Part shown: piece after piece, positions 1 through 9,259 of the stretch | Position numbering within the stretch: the stretch's first letter is position 1 | Layout of the letters: each line of letters starts with the position of its first letter | Source of the DNA: a virus | Lineage: Duplodnaviria > Caudoviricetes | IMG/VR virus record: IMGVR_UViG_3300037297_000386 | Direction: 5' to 3' (one strand) | DNA length: 64,000 nt | Translations under genes and position numbers: made by a program | Notes under the pieces: model-generated | What the model saw: the letters and a program-made list of their open reading frames with translations, nothing else | Database searches by the model: none | Told to the model about the DNA's origin: nothing

Positions 1-201
1 ACCTTTATATTTTGATATATGTACACCGGTAGGTTTATGATATTCTATTTGGTTAGTCCTTGAATTATAGCAAGCTATTTTAAGATTAGGTTTTACTTTA
101 GCTGAAATTACTTCTCCGTTTTTGTCAGTCTGAAAATCTATTCCATCAATTCCTTTTATAATTCCATTTTCTGTAATAATCTCTGTATCTTGTGAATAAC
201 A
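1..201 (-). mobile_element. Intein, N-terminal part, in the portal gene
   Basis: After KLRE the frame reads CYSQDTEIITENG...KIACYNSRTNQIEYHKPTGVHISKYKG, matching the intein block A (C-x-x-x-D-T-x-I-x-T-x-x-G) and the following Hint-domain pattern. Confidence 0.85.
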
Positions 202-1200
202 CTCGCGTAATTTGTCATATAGCATTAAATCTTTATATATGCTGACAATTGGAGAAGTTCCATGTATTCCATATGAAGAGGTTAACATTTTCAAATGGCT
301 AACATGAAAATTATCCAACGGAATGTTGTTCCCCTTTTTAACATGATATAATATTTCTTCATCTATTTGTTTACGTAGCTGTATATCTGCAGGATTACTG
401 CTATGAACCAATCTTTGTAAAGCAGCGTCTGGTCGCATAGATATTACTGGGTCACCACCTAATACGGATGTTTTAACATGTATATAATCAGGGTTTTGGA
501 TAATTATATTGTTCCATATCCCTTTGTTTTCATCTAATTCAGCATATGGAAACACTTCACCCATTTTCCAAAATTCTAATGAAATAGATTGTAAAATATT
601 CACAAGATCTATCTCATCAGCCATATCTTTGAAAAATTGTTCTACTTTATGATCTTTACATTTTATATTTATTTTGCTTATAGGATATGTAGCATGCAAA
701 TTTATACAATTATGAACTAATGGATGGGTATCATAAAAATTCCTGTTCCACGCATTCATAGTTATACGATCCCGTGGTAATTGAAGGTTTGCAATCTGAA
801 ATAATGGAGAATATATTTCTGGAGCTTGTCTAATGGTACTTCCAGAAGCACCTAATCTATTTCCATCTGATACCGTAAGACCGGCCGTTTTACTAAGCCC
901 ATATGCCTCTCGTATTTCTTGAGATCTTTTGTATGAATTGCTATATACAATAATTGGGGACGGCCCAGATGAATTATTTGTGGTCTCAGTTGCTCTAATT
1001 AATTCTGTCTTTCGGTATTCTGATACGCCATCTGGGATAGATTCGTTATAAACAGAATTATCCCTATTAGATATATGATATTCTGAATTTGATACCCCTT
1101 CTTTTTTTAACTTGACCGAGCGAGCACCGTGGCGAGCAGTTTTAACAGTAGACAATTTATTTACTGGTTCTATCCTCCATTCTCCTCTTCGTATACCCAT
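1..1200 (-). CDS. Portal protein, interrupted by an intein and truncated by the window edge (absent from the ORF track)
   Basis: Hand translation gives a stop-free frame from ATG at 1200 to base 1 (MGIRRGEW...APEIYSPLFQIANLQLPRDRITMNAWNRNFYDTHPLVHNCINLHATYP...EFWKMGEVFPY...QNPDYIHV...LYDKLRE). It lies directly downstream of the terminase large subunit, where portal genes usually sit. Confidence 0.72.
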   Translation of the reverse strand, partial: MGIRRGEWRIEPVNKLSTVKTARHGARSVKLKKEGVSNSEYHISNRDNSVYNESIPDGVSEYRKTELIRATETTNNSSGPSPIIVYSNSYKRSQEIREAYGLSKTAGLTVSDGNRLGASGSTIRQAPEIYSPLFQIANLQLPRDRITMNAWNRNFYDTHPLVHNCINLHATYPISKINIKCKDHKVEQFFKDMADEIDLVNILQSISLEFWKMGEVFPYAELDENKGIWNNIIIQNPDYIHVKTSVLGGDPVISMRPDAALQRLVHSSNPADIQLRKQIDEEILYHVKKGNNIPLDNFHVSHLKMLTSSYGIHGTSPIVSIYKDLMLYDKLRECYSQDTEIITENGIIKGIDGIDFQTDKNGEVISAKVKPNLKIACYNSRTNQIEYHKPTGVHISKYKG

Positions 1201-1211
1201 CGTTTACCTCT

Positions 1212-3080
1212 TTATAACCCAGGCAAATATGCCAATATAGGTCCTGTACTTATTGCGTTAATCTGATGCGGTTTAATCTTAAACCCTTGAGTCAAATAAA
1301 ATTTATAAGCCAAATATGCGTACATCAGACTCATAAGCCCATCATTAGGACCAGAACCCTTCACATATCTAGTAATTACTCTTCCCTGAAATGTTCTAAT
1401 TTCTTTTTCCATTGAACAACAATGTTCTATTAACCACTGTATTCGTTCATAACTAACCCATGGAAACATGACTTTACTTTTTCTCATATTATTAAACAAA
1501 TCTTCCAACATTATGTGTGGATTACAAATAAGTCTAAGATCTTCAGAATCATATTTAACTGGGTTTATCAAACTTCCACTACTAAGGCAACCTATTACAC
1601 GAGATCCATATTCTCTTTGTAATTCTGGAACAATATCATTAGCATGTCCAAGGTCCGCTACAGCTATTTGAATATTAAATCTTCTAAACATCTCATCTAC
1701 TACATCTTTTTTGTGTTGAAAATTATTGCGTTTTAACTTAAAAGCATTTTCTATATGCATAATTCCATCTTTACTAACAGAAATAACTACTACAGATGAA
1801 AAGGATTTACCTCCTCTAGAGTTAAAAGTATCATTTTTCTCACCCCAGTCAATACCCATAAAAGTTGGCGAATAATTATTATTAACAACTTTGTAATTAT
1901 TATTTTTTTGAATTGAAGGAGATCCAAATGATATCTTCTTATTTACATCGCGACAATATTTATAAATTTCCTCTTCTGACATGGGTAAATCAGATCCACT
2001 ATAAAATTCTCCAAGAATTTCATTCTGCCAAATTCTTTCCGAATTCGTTGGATGTATTCCTGGCTTTTCCTTGAGTATAGTCTCTTTATGGAAAAATGGT
2101 ATTAATAATTGATTAAAATGGAAACCGACATATTGTGGCTCACTGCCATCTGGCAATTGCGTCTGGGACGAAACCCATTTTCCTCTTTCCACAGCTTGCA
2201 CCTTATCTTGTTGATGCTGACATTTTGGACACTCAACTATATTTCCAAATAACCATATCTTTTCCCAGTCATCGTTCCCAGGAGTGTATAACATAAAATA
2301 TTCTGAACAATTCTCACAGTGTAGATGATAGTATCTTTTATCAGAGGCATCCCACATTTTATGAAAATTGGATCCACGCTGCAACGGTGTGCCAAAATAT
2401 AATTGTATTCCTTGCCCTTTAGGCCCATATCTGGATGCAGTCAAAGTTCTTTTGCTATTTCCAATATCATCTTGATTCATACGCTGAACTTCATCATAAA
2501 ATATACCGTCTAATGACATACCATGAAGCCTTTGTGCATCATTGGCATTTGAATCGACCCAAAGTTTGTTTTCATTTTTAAATTGTTTTTCCGTAAGCGT
2601 ATCATCTGGAACATCTATCCTACGTCGTCCAGTTTCATTATCAAGAGACAATGATTGTTTTAGCACATAGTTATTGTTCGATGTTCGCATCATAGTACTA
2701 AGTTTATCTTTAGCAAATTTTTGTACTAATGCTAAAGCCGGGAAACAGTGTAAAATTCTAATTGGAGGCCTACCTATAGAGCCGCCAAATAATCCGCTGG
2801 TGCAAAAATATAACTCAAGGGCAGTGGCCATAGTAGTAGCACCAACTTGTCTTCCCTTCACACAAACGACAGGTTTTCCATTTTGACCTAATGCTTTAGT
2901 TGCAATATAACGATAAATGTCAGCTAAAAATTTCCATCCCGTTCCACCACCAAGTTCTAGCGGCTTTCCATCAATAGTAAGATATTCAGATGCAAAAAAA
3001 ACGGGATCTACTTTTAATACTTCTTTCTTTAGATCCTCGAAATATTTTTCTACTGTATGATTTGATTTATTGTTTACCAC
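1212..3080 (-). CDS. terL: Terminase large subunit (GpA-like ATPase, zinc finger, nuclease)
   Basis: Walker A-like KGRQVGATT, Walker B IFYDEVQ, FGTP motif, CENC...CPKC zinc finger, RNase H-like MGIDWG. Confidence 0.9.
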   Translation of the reverse strand: MVNNKSNHTVEKYFEDLKKEVLKVDPVFFASEYLTIDGKPLELGGGTGWKFLADIYRYIATKALGQNGKPVVCVKGRQVGATTMATALELYFCTSGLFGGSIGRPPIRILHCFPALALVQKFAKDKLSTMMRTSNNNYVLKQSLSLDNETGRRRIDVPDDTLTEKQFKNENKLWVDSNANDAQRLHGMSLDGIFYDEVQRMNQDDIGNSKRTLTASRYGPKGQGIQLYFGTPLQRGSNFHKMWDASDKRYYHLHCENCSEYFMLYTPGNDDWEKIWLFGNIVECPKCQHQQDKVQAVERGKWVSSQTQLPDGSEPQYVGFHFNQLLIPFFHKETILKEKPGIHPTNSERIWQNEILGEFYSGSDLPMSEEEIYKYCRDVNKKISFGSPSIQKNNNYKVVNNNYSPTFMGIDWGEKNDTFNSRGGKSFSSVVVISVSKDGIMHIENAFKLKRNNFQHKKDVVDEMFRRFNIQIAVADLGHANDIVPELQREYGSRVIGCLSSGSLINPVKYDSEDLRLICNPHIMLEDLFNNMRKSKVMFPWVSYERIQWLIEHCCSMEKEIRTFQGRVITRYVKGSGPNDGLMSLMYAYLAYKFYLTQGFKIKPHQINAISTGPILAYLPGL

Positions 3081-3859
3081 TATTGTTTGGCTCCATCATA
3101 TTTCATAAAATCAGCAATTTCATCGTCGTATTCTTCATTTGCATCAGTTCCAACACGTCCTACATCAGAAAAATTTGATTCTTGTATAGTGCCATCACTA
3201 AAATAATTCTTCCGATCTTTTAGATATTCTATAAGTTCGTCATCTGTGAAACTCACATCTTTATCTAGCAAATTACGTAAAAAATATATTAGTGAATGAA
3301 TGCTTTTTGTTCCACCACTATGTTTACAATGACTATCAATAGCACTTTGTAATTCTGGATTATTCTTAATTTGTCTTACTATCGATTCAGTTTGTTCATT
3401 AGCATGTCGTATTGACAATGGTTTAAAAGAAGTATAGGTATCTTTAGAAAATAATTCAACCAGTTTAGAATGTACTTTTTGTAGCGAATCTTTAAGTTGT
3501 TCTTCCGGAATATACCTTGTTTGAGCCGGCTGAGAAGTAATCCATTTGTTTAGTTCCTCTTCACTTAATCCTTGTTGTTTTATATGTTCTAATGATTTGT
3601 CTAATTGTTGTTGCGACCACCAAAATGATACCTGATAAAATGTCCGTCCTTTTCTCTCTATAATTTGACCAGTAATTATACCAGCTCCCTTGTCTGGATC
3701 ATTTATTAATTCTACCACATCACCTCTTTTCCATTTAGATTGTGCCCGTTTATTCAAATAATCTTCAAGCGAGTCATAAGAGACAACTTTACGAATAGAA
3801 GCATCGTATTTTTCTGCACGATTGGTTAATTTTGCAATGGATTTGATATATTTAACCAT
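3080..3859 (-). CDS. Hypothetical, probably head-associated protein with an SH3-like segment between two K/R-x-A motifs
   Basis: 259-aa ORF with LNKRAQ, then WKRGDVVEL...GIITG...YQVSF (SH3-like), then PLSIRHAN; acidic C-terminus; adjacent to terL. Confidence 0.45.
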   Translation of the reverse strand: MVKYIKSIAKLTNRAEKYDASIRKVVSYDSLEDYLNKRAQSKWKRGDVVELINDPDKGAGIITGQIIERKGRTFYQVSFWWSQQQLDKSLEHIKQQGLSEEELNKWITSQPAQTRYIPEEQLKDSLQKVHSKLVELFSKDTYTSFKPLSIRHANEQTESIVRQIKNNPELQSAIDSHCKHSGGTKSIHSLIYFLRNLLDKDVSFTDDELIEYLKDRKNYFSDGTIQESNFSDVGRVGTDANEEYDDEIADFMKYDGAKQ

Positions 3860-4010
3860 TTACTTTTGCTCCCTTTTTAAGGTTTTCTTCTGCCCAAAGT
3901 GACCTACATTCTTTACAATCCGACCTATATCCATCCGACTTCTGTTTATCTTTGGTAAATGCTGAATACGGTTTTTCTTTACAACATTTAGTACATTTCT
4001 TAAGTTTCAT
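3852..4010 (-). CDS. 52-aa zinc-finger protein resembling the N-terminal domain of HNH homing endonucleases (below ORF-track cutoff)
   Basis: Hand translation MKLKKCTKCCKEKPYSAFTKDKQKSDGYRSDCKECRSLWAEENLKKGAKVNG; same CxxC...F.K...KDG....CxxC pattern as the N-terminus of the HNH ORF at 46301-46822. Confidence 0.6.
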   Translation of the reverse strand: MKLKKCTKCCKEKPYSAFTKDKQKSDGYRSDCKECRSLWAEENLKKGAKVNG

Positions 4011-4012
4011 AA

Positions 4013-5227
4013 CTATTTGTCCACTTTAACTTCTTTTTGTGGTTTGTCTGGGCGAAGTCGTGAATAACCCATGTGTCTAAACTTGCCACTTTCCATTTTT
4101 TCTTGGTATGAGACTTCTATAACAACTACTTTACCGTTATCAATCTTTTTTCTAACCTCTTGCTCTTCTTCTTTTGGCAATCCAGATAATTTACCAACTT
4201 CTACCAATTTTCCATTATAATATTGATATGCAGGAAATACTAATTTGTCTTCTCCCTTATTATACTTATTTAATATAACCTCATCAGTCTTAGCTTTAGC
4301 CCCAGGTTTAAATTTGGCCCATTCACCATATGGTTCATTAGATCCTTTTGCACCATATTTATATTTCGAATCTTTTGGTTTTAATACAATACCTTCAGCG
4401 TTTACTTTTAATGCATCATTAATTGCTTTATCTTTGTCTGAATATGTATAATTATCTACTATCTTAATTGTATCTGTTCCTTTACCAATTAATTCTTTTA
4501 GTTTATTATATCTTTCAATATAATCCTTCTTGGTAATATCATCACCATTAAACCACAATAAATCATAAACATAAAATAATGCTTTTCCGTTACCACTTTT
4601 AATTTTTTCTTGTGCTTTCTCTGGAGAACTGTTAACTACAGTTTGGATATCCGATATAGATTGTTTACCATTTTTATCTTCCCATACAAGTTCACCAAGA
4701 AAAAAACTCCCATTTTCCATTTTATCTTCTAAATCTTTTACTAGGCTTGGCACATTTGAACTAAAATCTTCTCCGCGCCTCGTGTACAATTTAACAGCAC
4801 CAGCTTTATCCTTGATTGCCTGTGTTTTAAAACCATCTAATTTAATTTGTATTATTATATTACTATCATCATTATTTTTTAGAATATCATCCGGGTTCTC
4901 TAATTTTTTTAATTTCATCGGCGCAATGGGGCCAATTCCACTTGCATGTCGTAATGATAGAGGCCTATAAATAATATTAGCCTGTTTTATTTTATTTCGT
5001 GACTCTGAAGAACTTGACTCTGAAGAACTTATTGTATCCAAACCAACTTGCTCACGATAATTTTGAACAATATTTTCAACACTTTCAGATTTTTTATTAT
5101 TAATAGTATTTAAAATATCTTGGACAGATGATAATTCGTGTTTTGCTAATGATTGTAAAAATTCACAAAACCAATCACCGCCAGATTCTGACAACATTTG
5201 TAAGTCGTTGCGCGATACTTTTACCAT
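4013..5227 (-). CDS. lig: ATP-dependent DNA ligase with a ~95-aa N-terminal extension
   Basis: Motif I QIKLDGFK, III FLGELV, IIIa FYVYDLL, IV EGIVLK, V WAKFK, and a short OB domain (VEVGKLSG...VIEVSYQE...GKFRH). Confidence 0.92.
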   Translation of the reverse strand: MVKVSRNDLQMLSESGGDWFCEFLQSLAKHELSSVQDILNTINNKKSESVENIVQNYREQVGLDTISSSESSSSESRNKIKQANIIYRPLSLRHASGIGPIAPMKLKKLENPDDILKNNDDSNIIIQIKLDGFKTQAIKDKAGAVKLYTRRGEDFSSNVPSLVKDLEDKMENGSFFLGELVWEDKNGKQSISDIQTVVNSSPEKAQEKIKSGNGKALFYVYDLLWFNGDDITKKDYIERYNKLKELIGKGTDTIKIVDNYTYSDKDKAINDALKVNAEGIVLKPKDSKYKYGAKGSNEPYGEWAKFKPGAKAKTDEVILNKYNKGEDKLVFPAYQYYNGKLVEVGKLSGLPKEEEQEVRKKIDNGKVVVIEVSYQEKMESGKFRHMGYSRLRPDKPQKEVKVDK

Positions 5228-5237
5228 GATTATCCTC

Positions 5238-5414
5238 TTATATACTAATTTCTATTTTCCAAGTATTATCATCTGGACATTCATCTATTATATCATTGAT
5301 TTCAATATATAGCCTATCTCTAATTGGATCGTGGTTTATCTTATTAAATTCTTCATAAACCACTATATCATTGATTATTTCGTATAACTCCTCAGGAATA
5401 CTAATATTACTCAT
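5238..5414 (-). CDS. Small acidic hypothetical protein, 58 aa (below ORF-track cutoff)
   Basis: Hand translation MSNISIPEELYEIINDIVVYEEFNKINHDPIRDRLYIEINDIIDECPDDNTWKIEISI; fills the gap between two co-oriented genes. Confidence 0.45.
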   Translation of the reverse strand: MSNISIPEELYEIINDIVVYEEFNKINHDPIRDRLYIEINDIIDECPDDNTWKIEISI

Positions 5415-5426
5415 AATAATCGCATC

Positions 5427-6353
5427 TTAAGACTGGTAATTGGTTAGCCAATCCACACCATCGCCAGACGCCGGATCAGATGGTTCATTAATCAATCCTC
5501 TATCACGATATAATGGATAACCATAATCATGAACTAATTGTTGAATAGCTAACTCCTCACGGGAAGTAAAATTATATTTATTTTTTAATTTTTCATAAGT
5601 TTCTTCTATATTGCGGCCAGCAGATACCTTAGAATTTATCATTGTTCCAACTATTGCACGCTCAAATGCACTAACATACACATTGATTATTGGAGTATTA
5701 GCAGTTTTTTCTAATCCATCATTATGACGTATTTTCTCACTTTCACAACTCATGCACACAAGTGTGTCATTAATTGTATCATGCCACATTGGAGCAGAAG
5801 AATTACATTTATCGCAATGGCCCTCAGATACTAGACGTACATCCATCGAAGCCTTTTTCTTGCCTGTTAACTTCTTAATTTGTCTATCTAATCTATCGAT
5901 CATATCTTCCAAGCTTTTTCTAATCTGGTCAATTTCTTGTTCATCGATGACACCTTTTAAATCAGTCCTCATAGCTTTACTAATTTCACTATCTAATTTT
6001 TTTAAAAAAGCTTTGGCTCGCTCACATCCAGGGACAGTCTCTCCGGAATGTCGAGGAATTTTGGTTAATTTATCTTTAACATAATTTACAAAATCCGCAT
6101 GATGTCCGTCCTCTTTCCATGTTTTCGGTTTATCATCATCTGCTTTGGCTTCCTCAAATTTACACCCAGGAGCACCAGGAACTTCTAGAATCATCCCTTC
6201 TTCATTTGGATTTTCCTCTACTATTAATATCTCAGGCATATCGATATCATCTTCATCTATCACAAGATTTTCGTCATTTTCTAAAAGAAAATCTTGTGAT
6301 TCATTAACCATTATAGTATCATTTGTCATGTCATAGAAATTTGTCATTTCCAA
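5427..6353 (-). CDS. Hypothetical head-region protein (acidic N-terminus, helical core, CxxC...CxxC zinc ribbon)
   Basis: 308-aa ORF with SD GGAGG; CDKC...CMSC flanked by KKKAS and LEKTAN. Confidence 0.5.
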   Translation of the reverse strand: MEMTNFYDMTNDTIMVNESQDFLLENDENLVIDEDDIDMPEILIVEENPNEEGMILEVPGAPGCKFEEAKADDDKPKTWKEDGHHADFVNYVKDKLTKIPRHSGETVPGCERAKAFLKKLDSEISKAMRTDLKGVIDEQEIDQIRKSLEDMIDRLDRQIKKLTGKKKASMDVRLVSEGHCDKCNSSAPMWHDTINDTLVCMSCESEKIRHNDGLEKTANTPIINVYVSAFERAIVGTMINSKVSAGRNIEETYEKLKNKYNFTSREELAIQQLVHDYGYPLYRDRGLINEPSDPASGDGVDWLTNYQS

Positions 6354-6366
6354 TCCTCCTGGTTAC

Positions 6367-7299
6367 CTAAAACTGATTTCTTTCATATAATAATTGTTTG
6401 AATTTATCACGTTTTCTTTTTAAATATATACTTGAATTTTCATACATCCAATTTCCCAATTTTATTGAGTCATGTGTCGAATAAGAAATTTTATAAATAT
6501 TACTTTGTTTAACATATCGAACATTTTTATTCCCTATCAATGTGCTTTCATTTATATATTTATTTATGTTTTCAAGCATATTCTTTGTACCGAGAAAGTA
6601 AGAACACCAAACACTTGTTGTTTTTGTCTTACTTATACACCCATCTCCGTCAAAATAACCTCTAATAAAATGTTTTATATATTTTCGCGGCATCTCTGGA
6701 AATTTAAGTGTTAAAGATTTTCTTGGAGTCACGCCCAATGTCACTAATCTGTTACACATATATTTAGAACAAATTTCAAGCGATACACATGATTTATTCT
6801 TAGATACGTATATTTTATTTTTTGGAGCTACTAAATTTCTTATAGCAATTAAATGTTCTTTATCTTTTGTTGACAATTTAATTCCTAATTTAAATCTGTT
6901 TTTTGATACATTTCCATCGGCAGCAATGAAGCCTAAAATATATGCCATTTCATCCGACCATTTGTCAAAAAAAGAATGATCAATTCCTGGTGGCATTTTA
7001 TATCTATTTAGACGTCTAATTCCATTCTTTACTGCCATTTTTCTTATGGCTGTCCATGGGCGCTTTATTTTGCACATTATTTCTTTTTTTGTTGCAACTG
7101 GAAACAATTTCTTTAACAATTTTATCTCTTTTTCTGTCCACTTATTATATTGATTATGTTTTTTAATACCTAACAAGTTAGCTCGCCTTTTAACAGAATT
7201 ATAACTACGACTTAATTTCTTTGCTATATTTTTACAAGATTCTTTTTTATAATTATTTATGATATAATTATCTTCTTCTTTGGCCCATATTTTACGCAT
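6367..7299 (-). mobile_element. Free-standing double-motif LAGLIDADG homing endonuclease
   Basis: AYILGFIAADGNV and HFIRGYFDGDGCI motifs; N-terminal repeats with W-x-x-x-E spacing. Confidence 0.9.
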
Positions 7300-7307
7300 A
7301 TTAAACC

Positions 7308-7997
7308 TTATCTATTTACCTGGCGTGGGCCAAACCATTTATCAGAAAGATGATATAACAAGCCTGTATCAGACCTTTTGTTTTCATATTTTTGCCTTTG
7401 TTTGGACAAGTACTTTTCAACTTTATCAAATGTTTTAGTATATTCTTCTTTTATCTTTTCTAATTTTATTAATAAGTTTTGTAATAAATCATCTTTTTCT
7501 GGTTTATCACATTTATCGTAATATTTCACACTTAATTTAACAAAATTGTTTATTTCGCGTCCTAATAAACTAAATAATCCAAAGAATAGATTACGACTCT
7601 CATTGTTGTCGGCATAAAAGCCTAAAGGATATCCATATAATCCATCTAATCCTATTCCATGAAAAGTTTGTGGAAATAATGGACTGCCTCTAAAAGCAGG
7701 GACTCTTTTGCCAGCCGCAGTATCGCCAAAATCACAATCTACCTTTCCATATTCATCTAATATTTTATCAGCATATGGACACTTACGACATTCTTTATGA
7801 TAAGCATAAACCAGTCTATTTGCTTTAGCTATTCCATCTGATTCTTTTTCATCCTCAATTGGTGCCATTCTTATAATAGAGTTTCCAGCATTTTCACAAC
7901 CCTCTGGAATCGGTAATCCAAATGGGCAATTACGAACATTTTTACCACGAATTGTTGACTCTTTTACAACAACAGATATGCATTCTGTTCTATTCAT
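7308..7997 (-). CDS. Cys-rich hypothetical protein
   Basis: 229-aa ORF; CPFGLPIPEGC, CRKCPY, CDFG; overlaps its upstream neighbour. Confidence 0.5.
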   Translation of the reverse strand: MNRTECISVVVKESTIRGKNVRNCPFGLPIPEGCENAGNSIIRMAPIEDEKESDGIAKANRLVYAYHKECRKCPYADKILDEYGKVDCDFGDTAAGKRVPAFRGSPLFPQTFHGIGLDGLYGYPLGFYADNNESRNLFFGLFSLLGREINNFVKLSVKYYDKCDKPEKDDLLQNLLIKLEKIKEEYTKTFDKVEKYLSKQRQKYENKRSDTGLLYHLSDKWFGPRQVNR

Positions 7998-8487
7998 TGT
8001 GACTCCAATAATCTAAATTAGAACGCCAAAAAGATGGGGCAGTATCTTCACACTCATCGCCACCTTTATCGCCTTTATTACTTTTTGATTTATCTTTAGC
8101 AATTTTAGTAGAATTATACTCGATCGAACCCCTAATGCCAGCGACAGAATTAGAATCTGGAACATCCTTGTAATCATTTTTACCAAATAATCTAGAAATA
8201 GCAGCCCAACTTTTACCAGTTATTTCTCTAACTAAATTCTCAAAGTTTGATCGATCATTTGCATCATCCGCGGATTGTGCTGTTTGTTGCTGTATTTTGG
8301 ACTTCATTTGCTCTAACGATGTAACTTGGGTTTCTATATTTCTTATTAATTCATTAACCATATTCAGCTGATTTGGAAGATCCCTAAGCATAGGAGACAA
8401 TCTGTTTAATTCATTTTTTAATGTTTGAATATTTTGCATTGTCGTGGTAGAAGCCATATCTTGCGCAAGTTTGGAAATTCTTTTCAT
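7990..8487 (-). CDS. Hypothetical coiled-coil protein
   Basis: 165-aa ORF; N-terminal ISKLAQ then heptad-rich segment. Confidence 0.45.
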   Translation of the reverse strand: MKRISKLAQDMASTTTMQNIQTLKNELNRLSPMLRDLPNQLNMVNELIRNIETQVTSLEQMKSKIQQQTAQSADDANDRSNFENLVREITGKSWAAISRLFGKNDYKDVPDSNSVAGIRGSIEYNSTKIAKDKSKSNKGDKGGDECEDTAPSFWRSNLDYWSHNE

Positions 8488-9255
8488 TTAAAGGGCCCTC
8501 ACTAATCGTCTTTGTTGTATTAGTATATCAGAAAGTGTTTTGGTTAATGGAACTAATGGAAGAAGTTTAAATTTAATTAACATTTCAATACCATTGTCAT
8601 CATCTATCTTGGCAATTTCAGTTATTTTATCTTGCACAAATTTTACTGGAAGATTTTGTATTTTTTTACGATTATTTAACATAGCTGTTTTCAGTTTTTC
8701 TTCTATTTTAAATCCAAATTTCACAGCAAACTTTATAGCTCTCAAAATTCTTCTTGGATCAACACCAATTGTTATATCTGGATTAATAGGGCATTGAATA
8801 ATACCAGACTGTATATCTCCAATACCATCACCAGTTAAATCATATATTGAAGAAAAATCTAAACTTTCAAGGAGAGTGTTTATAGTAAAATCTCTACTAT
8901 ATAATTCTAATTTCATAGAATCTATATCTTTAACCCCTTTTTTTCTGAGATCATCTTCAATACCTGAAATAATAAAATTACTTGAAAAATCGATGTGTAG
9001 CCCCATAATATCTATTGAAGCGTGACCGTCATCATATATCTTATAAGAACTATTAGGAATTTCTTTGTTTAATTTTTCGGCTAATAACAAAGAATCCTTA
9101 GATCCTGTGGTTATATCTATATCTTTTAAATTTGACTTACCACTACGTTTACCTAATATTCGATCTCTTGGGATGCCACCAACAATAAAAGGCTTATCAA
9201 ACTTGGACACGCGGGCAATATGTTGTATTTGTGATAATAGATCATCAATTTTCAT
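8488..9255 (-). CDS. Class II nucleotidyltransferase (CCA-adding enzyme / poly(A) polymerase family), head and neck domains only
   Basis: IVGGIPRD, catalytic DIDIT, RDFTINTL, DPRRILRAIKF. Start placed at MKIDD (9255) to avoid overlap with the upstream gene. Confidence 0.88.
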   Translation of the reverse strand: MKIDDLLSQIQHIARVSKFDKPFIVGGIPRDRILGKRSGKSNLKDIDITTGSKDSLLLAEKLNKEIPNSSYKIYDDGHASIDIMGLHIDFSSNFIISGIEDDLRKKGVKDIDSMKLELYSRDFTINTLLESLDFSSIYDLTGDGIGDIQSGIIQCPINPDITIGVDPRRILRAIKFAVKFGFKIEEKLKTAMLNNRKKIQNLPVKFVQDKITEIAKIDDDNGIEMLIKFKLLPLVPLTKTLSDILIQQRRLVRAL

Positions 9256-9259
9256 TATT

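Noticed and set aside
6353-7310. Group I intron around the LAGLIDADG gene
   Set aside because: Spacers to both neighbours are under 15 nt, leaving no room for intron core elements, and the next gene has its own SD.
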